DNA of 64,000 bases from Candidatus Eremiobacteria bacterium (GTDB lineage Bacteria; Vulcanimicrobiota; Vulcanimicrobiia; Vulcanimicrobiales; Vulcanimicrobiaceae). The DNA lies in the NCBI GenBank assembly GCA_963737065.1, contig CAVTRC010000001.1, positions 2,368,001 to 2,432,000 on the forward strand, in the 5' to 3' direction. The notes under the pieces are model-generated. The model saw nothing but the letters and a program-made list of their open reading frames with translations, did not search any database and had not been told where the DNA came from. Both the position numbers and the translations under genes were made by a program. This document shows, piece after piece, positions 9,543 to 19,459 of the stretch. The first letter of the stretch is position 1. The number at the start of each line of letters is the position of its first letter.

Positions 9543-10298
9543 ATGGCGAGTTCTACGAGAGCATCGGCGTCGCGCGAACAAGGCGTGCGTTTGAACAAAT
9601 ACATCGCGCAAGCCGGTATAGCGTCGCGCCGTCGCGCCGATCAGTTGATCGCGTACGGAAAAGTGCGCATCAATGGCAGGGTCGTGCGCGAGCTCGGAAC
9701 GCTCGTCATTCCGGGGGATCGCGTTGACGTCAGCGGTACGACGATCGAGCCCGTTGACGACGCGGTATATTTGGTCGTTCACAAGCCAACCGGTGTAATG
9801 ACGACGATGCGCGATCCGCAAGGCCGTCGCACGGTCGTCGATTTGCTTCCGAAGAAGGCGGCGCGCATCGTCCCGGTCGGACGGCTCGACTACAACACCG
9901 CCGGCGTGCTGTTGATGACGAACGACGGTAACCTCGCGAACAAGCTATTGCACCCGCGCTACGGTGTAGAGAAAACCTATCGCGCAACAATCGCCGGACG
10001 GCTCACGCCGGAAGACGTTACGGCGTTGCATGACGGCGTTGTCGTGAAAACGTACAAAGCATCGAGCGCGAAAGTACGCGTCGTTTCGGTGCGCAGCGGC
10101 TATTCCGTCGTCGACGTCACGATTCACGAAGGCCGCAATCGCCAGGTGCGCGATATGTTCGAGGCGCTCGGCCACCCGGTGCAAACGCTGGTGCGGTTGC
10201 GATTCGGGCCGATTTCGCTCGGTGATCTCGGTGTCGGCCGCACGCGCGCGGTGACACCGAAAGAACTCGCAGCACTGAAGCGGGTAGGCGAGTCCTGA
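9543..10298 (+). CDS. rluB: rRNA pseudouridine synthase, RsuA/RluB family
   Basis: S4 domain RLNKYIAQAGIASRR, VGRLD, EGRNRQVR. Confidence 0.9.
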   Translation: MASSTRASASREQGVRLNKYIAQAGIASRRRADQLIAYGKVRINGRVVRELGTLVIPGDRVDVSGTTIEPVDDAVYLVVHKPTGVMTTMRDPQGRRTVVDLLPKKAARIVPVGRLDYNTAGVLLMTNDGNLANKLLHPRYGVEKTYRATIAGRLTPEDVTALHDGVVVKTYKASSAKVRVVSVRSGYSVVDVTIHEGRNRQVRDMFEALGHPVQTLVRLRFGPISLGDLGVGRTRAVTPKELAALKRVGES

Positions 10299-10347
10299 CT
10301 TTTGTCGGCGGGGCCGCAGCGCACGCACCGTCGAACCTCCGGACACC

Positions 10348-11211
10348 GTGGATCGTTATGAAGCACCATCCCGAGAGTTGAAGCTCGCGCGGCGCGATGC
10401 GCGCGCCGGCCGCACGATCGTGCGGTTGCACAGCGGCGCATCGTTCGGTGGTGACACGCTCGCAATCTGTGCGGGTCCGTGTTCGGTCGAATCCGGCGAA
10501 CAGATTGATGCCACGGCAAAGTCCGTATCGGCCGCAGGCGCAAACGTTTTACGCGGCGGCGCGTTCAAGCCGCGCACGTCGCCGTACGCGTTTCAAGGCT
10601 TGGGCGTGCGCGGACTCGAGCTGCTACGCGCGGCAGCCGATCGTCATGGGCTCGCGGTTGTAACCGAAGTGCTCGACCCGCGCGATGTCCCAACCGTCGC
10701 ACGTTATGCCGATCTGCTGCAAATCGGCGCGCGCAATATGCAGAACTTCTCGTTATTGCGCGAGGCGGGTGAATCGGGTAAACCGGTGTTGCTCAAGCGC
10801 GGTCTCGCCGCTACGGTCGATGAATGGTTGATGGCCGCGGAATACATTCTCGTCGGCGGCAATGACAACGTCGTGCTCTGCGAACGAGGCGTGCGATCGT
10901 TCGATCCGGCGACCCGTAACTTGCTGGACCTTTCCGCCGTTCCGTTGCTTGCGGAGCTGACCCACCTGCCGGTGATCGTCGATCCTTCGCACGGCACGGG
11001 AATCGCGCGTCTCGTCGAGCCAATGGCGCTTGCCGCCGTCGCCGCCGGAGCGGACGGATTGCTGGTAGAAGTTCATCCCGATCCGATAAGCGCGATTTCC
11101 GACGGGGCACAGTCGCTGACCCCGGAAGCGTTTACCGCGATGACGCGAGCGCTCGCGGCGGTTGCCTCGGCTGTCGGCAGGCGTTTGCCTGCAGCATCGT
11201 TAGCGGCCTAG
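10348..11211 (+). CDS. aroF: DAHP synthase type I-beta, catalytic domain only
   Basis: AGPCSVES, GGAFKPRTSPYAFQGLG, QIGARNMQN, DPSH. Confidence 0.93.
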   Translation: MDRYEAPSRELKLARRDARAGRTIVRLHSGASFGGDTLAICAGPCSVESGEQIDATAKSVSAAGANVLRGGAFKPRTSPYAFQGLGVRGLELLRAAADRHGLAVVTEVLDPRDVPTVARYADLLQIGARNMQNFSLLREAGESGKPVLLKRGLAATVDEWLMAAEYILVGGNDNVVLCERGVRSFDPATRNLLDLSAVPLLAELTHLPVIVDPSHGTGIARLVEPMALAAVAAGADGLLVEVHPDPISAISDGAQSLTPEAFTAMTRALAAVASAVGRRLPAASLAA

Positions 11212-11287
11212 GGTAAGAACAATGGCACTCCGGGCGGGGGTCGACTCGTTCACACGGTAGCAAACTCTACTTTCTCGAGGTATAGAA

Positions 11288-12625
11288 ATGACGTTTACGC
11301 GCATCGTTGCACTCGGGTGCACGATGGCGATGGCGGCGACGACCGTCCCCGCTCTCGCACAATATGCTAGTGAATTTTCGATTGCCAAGGTGACGAAGGT
11401 CGGGACGAGTTCGAAGCCAATCGCGGGCTCCGGTACAGTGAAAGTTCAAGTGCAAGTGAACGCCGACGGCTCGCACAAAGTTACCAAAGTCCTCAGTTCC
11501 ACCAACCCCGGCGACAACGCCGCCGCGATGGAGATCGCGCAGAGCTCTACCTACCGTCCCGCGCATCGCGGCAGTACGGCGATCACGAGCTTCTACGACT
11601 TTCAACTGAAATTCAACGGCAAGTCGGTCTCGCATACGGAAGAGGGCGGCGGCACGTCGGGTGCGAGCGCGCTCGCCGGTGCGCCGAGCTCCGTGACCGG
11701 ACCGATCGACGCGGCAATTCGCGCGCATCAGTACGATACCGCAATCTCGAAGGCGAACGCCGCGCTTGTTTCGTCGCCGGGAAACGCGGCGGTACTGCAA
11801 TTGCTCGGCATCGCTCAATATTATAAGAAAGACTATTCCGCGGCGGCCGCGACGTTCTCGAAGGTTCCGTCGATCGGTAAGGAATTCCAACCGCTCGCAG
11901 CCGATGCGTTTGCGAGCGCGAGCGTGCAGGCTGCGCAAAGCAGTCCTTCAGATTCGCTTGATTATGCGCAGAAAGCCGTGTCGCTAGCGAACGACAGCAA
12001 TTCGCAATTTGCGCTCGGCGTAGCGGAACTCGCGAACAAGCAGTACGCGCAGGCAATCACGACGCTGAAGGCCGTGCACGAGAAGGCGCCTGATGCCAAG
12101 ACGAAAGTGGCGATCGATCGTCAATTGCTTTCCGCATATCTCGCCACCAATGACACCGCCGGCGCGAATGCGACCACGGCCGAGATGAAGCAACTCGATC
12201 CGACCGGTAGCACCGCGTCCACTGCGGTCGGAAGCCACTATATTCAACTCGCCAACGACGCGATGACGGCGAAGAACTATCCCGAAGCACTGAAGGACTA
12301 CGATCAGGCAGCGGGCACGGGCGACCCGAAGGTGACTGTCACGGCGAACACCGGCGCCGCGTTTGCGATTTTAAGCATGGCGAAGCCCGATTACCAGAAA
12401 GCGCACGACTATGCCGCCAAGGCAGTAGCCGTCGCGCCGAACGATGCGCAGGCGAACTACGCGGCGGGCGTATCGATGCTCGGGCTCTATGCGAACAGCA
12501 AAAAGGCTGCGGACAAGCAGCAAGCGCTGGACTTCCTCAATAAGGCCGACCAGCTCGCAAAGGCAGCCAACAACACCGCCCTTGCGTTGCAAATCGAAAA
12601 TCAAATTAAGAGTATTCCCCAATAA
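11288..12625 (+). CDS. Secreted protein with TonB C-terminal-like domain followed by TPR-like repeats
   Basis: Signal peptide; GTVKVQVQVNADGS...DNAAAMEIAQSSTYRPA; Ala-rich TPR-like helices. Confidence 0.75.
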   Translation: MTFTRIVALGCTMAMAATTVPALAQYASEFSIAKVTKVGTSSKPIAGSGTVKVQVQVNADGSHKVTKVLSSTNPGDNAAAMEIAQSSTYRPAHRGSTAITSFYDFQLKFNGKSVSHTEEGGGTSGASALAGAPSSVTGPIDAAIRAHQYDTAISKANAALVSSPGNAAVLQLLGIAQYYKKDYSAAAATFSKVPSIGKEFQPLAADAFASASVQAAQSSPSDSLDYAQKAVSLANDSNSQFALGVAELANKQYAQAITTLKAVHEKAPDAKTKVAIDRQLLSAYLATNDTAGANATTAEMKQLDPTGSTASTAVGSHYIQLANDAMTAKNYPEALKDYDQAAGTGDPKVTVTANTGAAFAILSMAKPDYQKAHDYAAKAVAVAPNDAQANYAAGVSMLGLYANSKKAADKQQALDFLNKADQLAKAANNTALALQIENQIKSIPQ

Positions 12626-12799
12626 AACGCATGCCGACGGGTGTGTGGGTTTGCGTGAAAGTGCAAATCCGGCGTGGGCAAAACGATACCAGGACTTTAC
12701 GGAAGGGCGGGCAAATGCTCGGGCCTTCGGGACGGCGGAAGCCGTCGCTTTTTCCTTATATCAGCTGCACTCTAAACGCCCGGGAGGGGTCGGAAACTC

Positions 12800-13468
12800 G
12801 TGTTTGATGGATTTATGAGTGTCATGAAGCAGGGTGGTCCGGATATGTGGATCCTGCTCGCTCTCTCCGTGATCGTCGTTGCAATCGTGATCGAACGGCT
12901 GGTGTTCTTCGCATCGCAGCATGGCGATACGAAAGGTCTGCTGCGTCAAATCGGCAGCAAGATCGCTGACGACGATCTCGACGGTGCAATCAAGATTTGC
13001 CAACAGAATAACGGCATGCTTCCGCGCATTCTGGAGTTCGGGCTCCGCCGCGGCGAAAAGAATCGCGCTGATATCACCGACGCGCTCTCGATCGCGCTGA
13101 TGGAGCACCTTAATGCTCTCGAGCGCAACCTCGGCATCATCGGTACGATCGCCGTTATCGCACCGTTCGTCGGCCTCGCCGGCACGGTTCTCGGTATCAT
13201 CCGCGCGTTCCAAGACATCGCGTTGAAGGGCAACTCGACGCCCGCCGTCGTTGCGGCCGGTGTTTCCGAGGCGCTCATCACGACGTTCGCCGGTCTGGTC
13301 GTCGCGATTTTCGCGGTTATCTTCTTCAACTATTTCAAGTCGCGCATCAAGGCGTACAACCAAGAGATGATCGTTGCTGCCAACCAGCTCGCCGAAATGC
13401 TGCACTTTCATAATACGGGCGCGCCGATTCCGACGGAACTTTATCAGCCGAGCGGCCCGACGAAATAG
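12800..13468 (+). CDS. exbB: ExbB/TolQ/MotA family proton channel
   Basis: TIAVIAPFVGLAGTVLGII, GVSEALITTFAGL. Confidence 0.92.
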   Translation: MFDGFMSVMKQGGPDMWILLALSVIVVAIVIERLVFFASQHGDTKGLLRQIGSKIADDDLDGAIKICQQNNGMLPRILEFGLRRGEKNRADITDALSIALMEHLNALERNLGIIGTIAVIAPFVGLAGTVLGIIRAFQDIALKGNSTPAVVAAGVSEALITTFAGLVVAIFAVIFFNYFKSRIKAYNQEMIVAANQLAEMLHFHNTGAPIPTELYQPSGPTK

Positions 13469-13488
13469 CTCGGGAGAGAAGGTAGGTC

Positions 13489-13905
13489 GTGGGACTGCTC
13501 TCGGCACAGCAAGAGTCCGAAGTGATGGCGGAGATCAACATCACGCCGTTCACCGACGTATTGCTCGTGCTGCTCATCATCTTCATGATTCTGGCAGCTA
13601 TCCTCGCGCCGCCGGGCTTTGAGAAGCAGCTTCCGAATCATAATAACAACAATACGCAGAATCAGAATCAGAATAAGAACGATATCGAAGTCGACGTCAA
13701 CGATAAGGGTGTGATTTTCGTCGACGGAACGAAGACGGACCAATCCGGAATCTATCGTGTGATGTACGACGTCTCGCAGAAGAAGCCGCACCACCACGTT
13801 TCCGTGATCGCCGACGCCAAAGCGCCGTACGGTATCATCATTCGGATTCTCGATGCTGCGAAGGAAGCCGGACTGGAAGACGTCGGTTTCGTTACGTCGG
13901 GCTAG
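13489..13905 (+). CDS. exbD: ExbD/TolR family protein
   Basis: INITPFTDVLLVLLIIF, ADAKAPYG. Confidence 0.92.
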   Translation: MGLLSAQQESEVMAEINITPFTDVLLVLLIIFMILAAILAPPGFEKQLPNHNNNNTQNQNQNKNDIEVDVNDKGVIFVDGTKTDQSGIYRVMYDVSQKKPHHHVSVIADAKAPYGIIIRILDAAKEAGLEDVGFVTSG

Positions 13906-13923
13906 TGGAGGTTTAGTTTACTC

Positions 13924-14349
13924 GTGGCAATGTCGACAGGTGGGGGAGAAGATGAGGTGATGTCGACCATCAACATCACGCCGTTCACGGACGTGTTGTT
14001 GGTGCTCTTGATCATCTTCATCATTCTTGCCGCCGTTACGAAAGAGCCGAAGCTCCCCGACGCGCGCAACAAGGACCGCGTTCAGGCTTCTCAGCTCGTC
14101 GTCATCATCGACGATAAGAACAATATCCAAATCGGATCGAATCAGGTTACGATCTCGCAGGCGCACGATGCGTTCGCGCAGCTGCAAGATCAGACCGGGC
14201 ACAAATTCACAAGTGTCATTATCAAAGCAGATCCGCGTGCGAACTACGGGACGATCTTGCAAGTCATGGACGCTGCGAAATCCGTAGATCTCACGACCTT
14301 CGGGTTGGCCAACCATGTCGAGGGTCAACCGGAGGGCTCAACGCAGTAA
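13924..14349 (+). CDS. exbD: ExbD/TolR family protein, second paralog
   Basis: INITPFTDVLLVLLIIF, KADPRANYG. Confidence 0.92.
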   Translation: MAMSTGGGEDEVMSTINITPFTDVLLVLLIIFIILAAVTKEPKLPDARNKDRVQASQLVVIIDDKNNIQIGSNQVTISQAHDAFAQLQDQTGHKFTSVIIKADPRANYGTILQVMDAAKSVDLTTFGLANHVEGQPEGSTQ

Positions 14350-14352
14350 CCG

Positions 14353-15081
14353 ATGGCGAATAAAGGCTTCATTACTACCGGTGAGCGCACGCGCAACTTC
14401 TTGATTGCCGCGTTCGTCATTTCGCTTGTCATCCACGCGGCCGCTTCGCCGTTCTTTCCGGACTTGACGAAGCACCACGAATCGGAAGAAGTCGAAAAGG
14501 TGAGCGTCACCAAGAAGATTCAGGTACGAATACCGACGCCGCCGCCGCCCACACCGACGCCGCCCCCGACGCCGACGCCGCCGCCTGAGAAGACGCCGCC
14601 GCCGCAGAAGAAGGTGGAGGTCGTGCAACCGAAGCTCAAAGTCAACGTTCCGAAGACGTCGAACAACTCGAGCACGACGTCGAACGAACAGCAATACAAC
14701 GTCACCAAGGGCACGGAAAACGGCCAACCGGGCGGTACGAAACCGAACGGAACGCCGGCGCCGCCGGCGACTCCGGCTCCGACGCCGAAGCCCGCGTGTG
14801 CAAATCCGAATCAGGATGCGACGGTGACCAATGCGATGGCACCCGATTATCCCGACTCCGCGCGCGATCTCGGGTTGGGGCCCGTAACGGTGCTTGTCGA
14901 AGTGACGGTTGGTCCGTCAGGTGCGTTGCAAGATGCAACCGTTTACAAATCCTCGGGAAACGGTGCGATCGATCGTGAGGCACTGCGCGCTGCGCATCAG
15001 TCGACGTACGCACCGAAATTGGTCAATTGTCAGCCGACAAGCGGCCAGTATCTCTTCCGTGCGGAATTCAATCCAGACTAA
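14353..15081 (+). CDS. tonB: TonB family energy transducer
   Basis: TM with SLVIHA, Pro-rich linker, PDYPDSARDLG...SSGNGAIDREAL. Confidence 0.9.
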   Translation: MANKGFITTGERTRNFLIAAFVISLVIHAAASPFFPDLTKHHESEEVEKVSVTKKIQVRIPTPPPPTPTPPPTPTPPPEKTPPPQKKVEVVQPKLKVNVPKTSNNSSTTSNEQQYNVTKGTENGQPGGTKPNGTPAPPATPAPTPKPACANPNQDATVTNAMAPDYPDSARDLGLGPVTVLVEVTVGPSGALQDATVYKSSGNGAIDREALRAAHQSTYAPKLVNCQPTSGQYLFRAEFNPD

Positions 15082-15105
15082 GCGCGTGCGGCGTCACGTA
15101 CAATT

Positions 15106-15135
15106 GGAGCGCCCCCGCACGGGAGCGCTCCTTTT
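15106..15135 (+). terminator. Intrinsic terminator-like hairpin after the first tonB
   Basis: ggagcgc...gcgctcc followed by tttt. Confidence 0.6.
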
Positions 15136-15147
15136 CGTTGACGTCCG

Positions 15148-15795
15148 ATGACGCCGCAACGCGCGCGGCGTTTGCTGCTCGTCGCGTTTGCGCTCTCGCT
15201 GCTGATTCACCTTATCGTGATGACCGGCGTTCGTTCACCTTTCGGTCCCTCGGAAGAACAAACGCAAACCGTTGTGAGCATTCAACACGTGCACGCGTTG
15301 CGCGTTACGCGCCGGCCCACCCCATCACCGCCGACGCCCACACCGGCGGTGAGCCCGTCGCCACAAGCCTCGCCGCGATCGACGGCAGTTCCGAAGCCAC
15401 GTCCCGGCGGTTCGCCCGGATCCGGCGGATCGAACCCTTCGAGCGGCGGCAGCGCGCGGACGACACTGGCTGCAGCGCCCACGGCGGCAAAGCCGTCGCC
15501 GACTCCGAACTGTGCGACGAGCGACGGGCCCGCATCGGTAGCGCAGACGCCTCCGCCGCCTGACATCGCGCCCGCTGCACGCGGCGCGGCAACAAACGGA
15601 ACGACGACCGTGCGAGTCTCGCTCGACGCGACGGGAACGGTGAAAGCGGCCACCGTGATGCAAAGCAGCGGAAATACCGCACTGGATGTCGTTGCGGTCA
15701 GCATGGCACGCGCTGCGCGCTACACTCCCGCCACGCATGCGTGCAAATCGATCGCAAGCGACTATCTATTCAAAGTGAAGTTCACCGCGTGGTGA
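15148..15795 (+). CDS. TonB family protein, second paralog
   Basis: SLLIHL TM, Pro/Ser linker, VRVSLDATG...QSSGNTALD. Confidence 0.85.
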   Translation: MTPQRARRLLLVAFALSLLIHLIVMTGVRSPFGPSEEQTQTVVSIQHVHALRVTRRPTPSPPTPTPAVSPSPQASPRSTAVPKPRPGGSPGSGGSNPSSGGSARTTLAAAPTAAKPSPTPNCATSDGPASVAQTPPPPDIAPAARGAATNGTTTVRVSLDATGTVKAATVMQSSGNTALDVVAVSMARAARYTPATHACKSIASDYLFKVKFTAW

Positions 15796-15837
15796 CGCTA
15801 GCCGCAACACGGCGCTGCGTTTAATGCACGTCGCGGC

Positions 15838-16200
15838 TTAGAGCATCCCCATGTCGCGTAAGAGGTGCAGCGTGTCGATGTAGCGCTGCAGCTGTTTGCG
15901 CGTTTCGTCGTCGACGTCGAGAAACGCGACGCCCGTACGGTATCGCTGAAGAAGCGGATCGTAGCGCGACCAGCGAACGACCCCGCGGATGCGAAGGACC
16001 GGTTGTGCATCGCCGCGCAGCTCGACTTGAACGCTGACCGGTTCATCCTTGATCAACTCGGCGTTTGTGAGCATCGCCATGCCGCCCATCGCAATATCGT
16101 ACGTCTCCGTAAATTCGGGAGCGAATTCATCGTTGATGCTATACGAAACGAGCAATGAGTCGCCGACGCGCGGAAATTTACGCTCTTGCGGCTCCTGCAT
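15838..16200 (-). CDS. Stand-alone PilZ domain protein
   Basis: ERKFPRV (RxxxR) and DIAMGG (DxSxxG-like) motifs, VVRW...GVAF; alternative start 16221. Confidence 0.85.
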   Translation of the reverse strand: MQEPQERKFPRVGDSLLVSYSINDEFAPEFTETYDIAMGGMAMLTNAELIKDEPVSVQVELRGDAQPVLRIRGVVRWSRYDPLLQRYRTGVAFLDVDDETRKQLQRYIDTLHLLRDMGML

Positions 16201-16282
16201 GCTCGTATCGTGATATTCCACGCGTTCGCCTTAGTCCGGCCGGATAGGCAATCCTGCCCATTTCGGCGTAACTGAGGGCCCC

Positions 16283-17143
16283 GTGACGCTTTTGCAAGCC
16301 GTTGTGTTGGCGCTGCTCCAAGGGATAAGCGAACTGTTTCCTGTTTCCAGCCTCGGACACACGATTCTCGTGCCGGCCGTGCTTCATTGGGACAACATCA
16401 ATCGTTCCGATCCAACGTTTCTCGCGTTCGTCGTCGTGCTGCATCTCGGCACCGCGCTTGCGCTTATCGCGTTCTATCGCAGGCAGTGGGCCGCAATTGT
16501 TCGCGCGCTGATCGCGAGCGTTGTTCGGGGAAAATTGTCGAACGATCGCGATGAGCGAATCGGATGGCTCCTGGTCGTCGGTACGATTCCCGTCGGCATT
16601 CTTGGTGTAATTTTCGAAGAACCGGTACGTGCGCTTTTCGGATCGCCCGCGCCCGCGGCGATGTTCCTCGCGATCAACGGCATCGTCATGTTTACCGGAG
16701 AGGCGCTCCGGCGGCGGCAGCAAACCGCTGCGCACCGCGATGACCGGCCGATGCAAAGCCTGTCGTTCTTTCAGAGTGCGCTCGTCGGATTCGCGCAAAG
16801 CTTCGCGCTGCTGCCCGGGATCTCGCGCTCCGGCGCGTCGATGGTCGCCGGCCTCTTGTGCGATCTCGATCACGAAGACGCCGCACACTTTTCGTTTCTG
16901 CTCGCAACGCCCGTAATTTTTGCAGCAGCACTTCTCGAGATTCCAAAACTGTTCGCGCCGGAGGCGCACGTCGTTGCACTACAGGCGGTTATCGGCGGAA
17001 TTCTCGCGGGGATCGCGGCGTATTGGTCCGTTGCGTTCTTGACTCGTTACTTCAAGTCGAACGATCTGCGCCCGTTCGGCTGGTATTGCGTGATCGGCGG
17101 CGCGGTCTGTTTCGTTCTTAGCCGTTTGGGGGTGCTTTCATGA
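16283..17143 (+). CDS. uppP: Undecaprenyl-diphosphate phosphatase
   Basis: QGISELFPVSSLGH, ALLPGISRSG. Confidence 0.95.
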   Translation: MTLLQAVVLALLQGISELFPVSSLGHTILVPAVLHWDNINRSDPTFLAFVVVLHLGTALALIAFYRRQWAAIVRALIASVVRGKLSNDRDERIGWLLVVGTIPVGILGVIFEEPVRALFGSPAPAAMFLAINGIVMFTGEALRRRQQTAAHRDDRPMQSLSFFQSALVGFAQSFALLPGISRSGASMVAGLLCDLDHEDAAHFSFLLATPVIFAAALLEIPKLFAPEAHVVALQAVIGGILAGIAAYWSVAFLTRYFKSNDLRPFGWYCVIGGAVCFVLSRLGVLS

Positions 17144-17334
17144 AAGCTCTTGCAGTCGTTCTTGCGATCGTGTTCTTCGTTCTGGGATTGCTCTATGGAC
17201 TCGGCACGGTCAACGTGTTCACGAAGTCAGGCACCGAGCACGCGCACCATATGACCCACCTCGTGGTCTGCTGGGTCCTAGCGCTTCTTTGCTTGATCTG
17301 GTACCGGTTCCAAAGCTCGGCTGCTGCCCGGTAA
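17140..17334 (+). CDS. 64-aa two-TM membrane protein
   Basis: ATGA overlap with uppP; two hydrophobic helices flanking EHAHHMTH. Confidence 0.75.
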   Translation: MKALAVVLAIVFFVLGLLYGLGTVNVFTKSGTEHAHHMTHLVVCWVLALLCLIWYRFQSSAAAR

Positions 17335-17423
17335 AACGACGACCCTCTAGGAAGAAAAGCCCTATCCTGTTCGGCCGTTCGCACCGCGAGCGGCCGTTCG
17401 CGCTCTCATACCATCATCATACG

Positions 17424-18494
17424 ATGCGTCGAATTCTGATTGTTGCTGCCTGCATAGCGCTGGTTGCCGGTTGTGGAGGTGGCGGTGGAGGAGGCTCTAC
17501 GCCGCCGACGACGGTGACGGCTGCGCCGGGGAGCCCAACGCCGCCTGCGAGCACGCCCTCGCCCACGACCAAGCCGACCGCAACGCCGACAGGTAAGCCG
17601 TCGACCTCGCCCTCACCGACGACACGGCCGACCGGTTCGCCAACCGCGCTGCCGACGAATTCACCCACCGTGGCTCCGCCAACGCCTCCCCCGACGCCGA
17701 CGGCTACACCGACGCCCACCGCGAAGCCTACGCCTACGGCGACGCCGACTGCAAGTCCGACGCCGACGTCCATCACTCCGGGATGGAGCGGGAACAATCT
17801 TTCGACGGAGTACGAATATACCAACTCGAAAACCGGCGTGACGCATGCCGCGGTAATCAACGGTCAAGTCACAACGGCGTTCAATCCGCCGAGCCAATAC
17901 GGGGATACGCCTTCAGGCGGTCATGGGCCGATCGGCAACGTCGTAGACAACGTGCCGTGCGAAGTGGAAATGTCGAACAACTACCACATCCACGTCTTCA
18001 TCGGCATCTACTACAACGGGCAAGAGATCGCATTGCCGACCGGAACCGGCGTGGTCGAACCGGTGATCGATTCCTACGGTGACGACAACTACGGCACGCA
18101 GTGCTTCTACTTTACGCACACGCACGATTCGACCGGCGTGGTTCATGTTGAATCGGATAACGGCGGTGTCGTCGAACCAACGCCGACAGATTCGAAGTTC
18201 GTGCTGGGTCAGTATTTGCAGGTCTGGGGTATTACAGCGACCTGTCCGACCGGTGTGCCCGGATGCATGGGACAATTCGGTCCCTTCAACGGGCCGATCG
18301 AAGTCTTCACGTCGGGGCAAGTATATCGCGGTTCGCATACACCGGGTTGGCCGGTTACCAAAGAGCAGGACCTCACTCCCTGGTACGGCGATCCGAATAG
18401 CATCCCGCTGTACTCACACGAAGTAATCTGGTTTCTCATCGGCCCGAACTATCCGTCGACGTTACCGGGCGTGAAGTTCGCCGAAGAGTTCTAA
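17424..18494 (+). CDS. Lipoprotein with Pro/Thr linker and His-motif C-terminal domain
   Basis: Lipobox VAGC plus poly-Gly; PT repeats; YHIH, HTHD, VHVE. Confidence 0.8.
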   Translation: MRRILIVAACIALVAGCGGGGGGGSTPPTTVTAAPGSPTPPASTPSPTTKPTATPTGKPSTSPSPTTRPTGSPTALPTNSPTVAPPTPPPTPTATPTPTAKPTPTATPTASPTPTSITPGWSGNNLSTEYEYTNSKTGVTHAAVINGQVTTAFNPPSQYGDTPSGGHGPIGNVVDNVPCEVEMSNNYHIHVFIGIYYNGQEIALPTGTGVVEPVIDSYGDDNYGTQCFYFTHTHDSTGVVHVESDNGGVVEPTPTDSKFVLGQYLQVWGITATCPTGVPGCMGQFGPFNGPIEVFTSGQVYRGSHTPGWPVTKEQDLTPWYGDPNSIPLYSHEVIWFLIGPNYPSTLPGVKFAEEF

Positions 18495-18511
18495 CGCCGG
18501 CTCGTAAACGC

Positions 18512-18543
18512 AAAGCCCGCCGAAACGTTTCGGCGGGCTTTTG
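18512..18543. terminator. Bidirectional intrinsic terminator
   Basis: aaagcccgccgaaacgtttcggcgggctttt between convergent genes. Confidence 0.85.
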
Positions 18544-18544
18544 C

Positions 18545-19459
18545 TTATTTCGTCGCGACGAGGTAGATTTCGCATGCGTGCGGCGCGATGATCCGCACGT
18601 TCGGGCGCGCGTTGCGAACGATCGGTTCCAGTTCGGGCAGGCGTTGTTCCGTCGTTTGCACGATCGCGACGGGATACTGTTGCGCGGCAGAAAGAATCGA
18701 TGCGATCGCGCGCGCGTATGCCGCGGCGTCGGACGCGCGTGCGCCGAGCAGCGAATCGCGGTACGCGTGCTCGATGGTGAAATACGGATTGCCTTGCCAC
18801 CACGCTTCCCACATCCAGATGCGTGCGTCGGCACTGCGGAACGAATTGCGCGCGGGCGGCGCAAGGAAGAGCGCATCACCGCTCTGCGCGCTCATCGTTG
18901 CCAGGACGTCGGCTTGGCGAATCGTATTACGGCGCATGTTCGGCGTGACCCACTGTTCGGTCTGACGAATGTACGTCCACGCAAGCTCGCTCGGTGGAAC
19001 GTCTTGCATGTCGTCGGGCGACTGTGTCTTTTCGAGCCAATAGCAAAACGCGCGCCACAACCCGATGATCGCGAGGCCGGTTTGCTGATCGCTTCTCAGA
19101 TTGCGCACGTTGTCGTGCCATACGCCTAAATAGACGCACTGCTCCTCGCTGAAGAAGACGCCTTCCCAAGCTTTGAACGTGTCGAGCGTGTAGATGCGCC
19201 CCGGCAGCATCTCGACGATTTCCGCCACTTCGTTGTCGCGCAGATACGTCATATCGTTGACGACGAGTCCTTCACCCGCCCGCACGAACCACTCGAGTAA
19301 GTCGCCGCCGTGTACCGCGATGCCATGGCGCTTCAGGTAATTCAAGTGCGTCGGCAGCCCCATGAAGGGATCGACGAGACTCGTACATTCGTATTCCGTG
19401 AGGATTTCATGCAGGCGCGACGGTGAGACGCGGCGCGTGCGTTCGTGCAGCTCGATCAC
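18545..19459 (-). CDS. Degenerate DNA adenine methyltransferase-like protein (D12/COG3392-like)
   Basis: SLVDPFMG (motif I-like), GDLLEW, DALFLAPPA in place of DLVYxDPPY, EIYLVA terminus. Confidence 0.65.
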   Translation of the reverse strand: MIELHERTRRVSPSRLHEILTEYECTSLVDPFMGLPTHLNYLKRHGIAVHGGDLLEWFVRAGEGLVVNDMTYLRDNEVAEIVEMLPGRIYTLDTFKAWEGVFFSEEQCVYLGVWHDNVRNLRSDQQTGLAIIGLWRAFCYWLEKTQSPDDMQDVPPSELAWTYIRQTEQWVTPNMRRNTIRQADVLATMSAQSGDALFLAPPARNSFRSADARIWMWEAWWQGNPYFTIEHAYRDSLLGARASDAAAYARAIASILSAAQQYPVAIVQTTEQRLPELEPIVRNARPNVRIIAPHACEIYLVATK

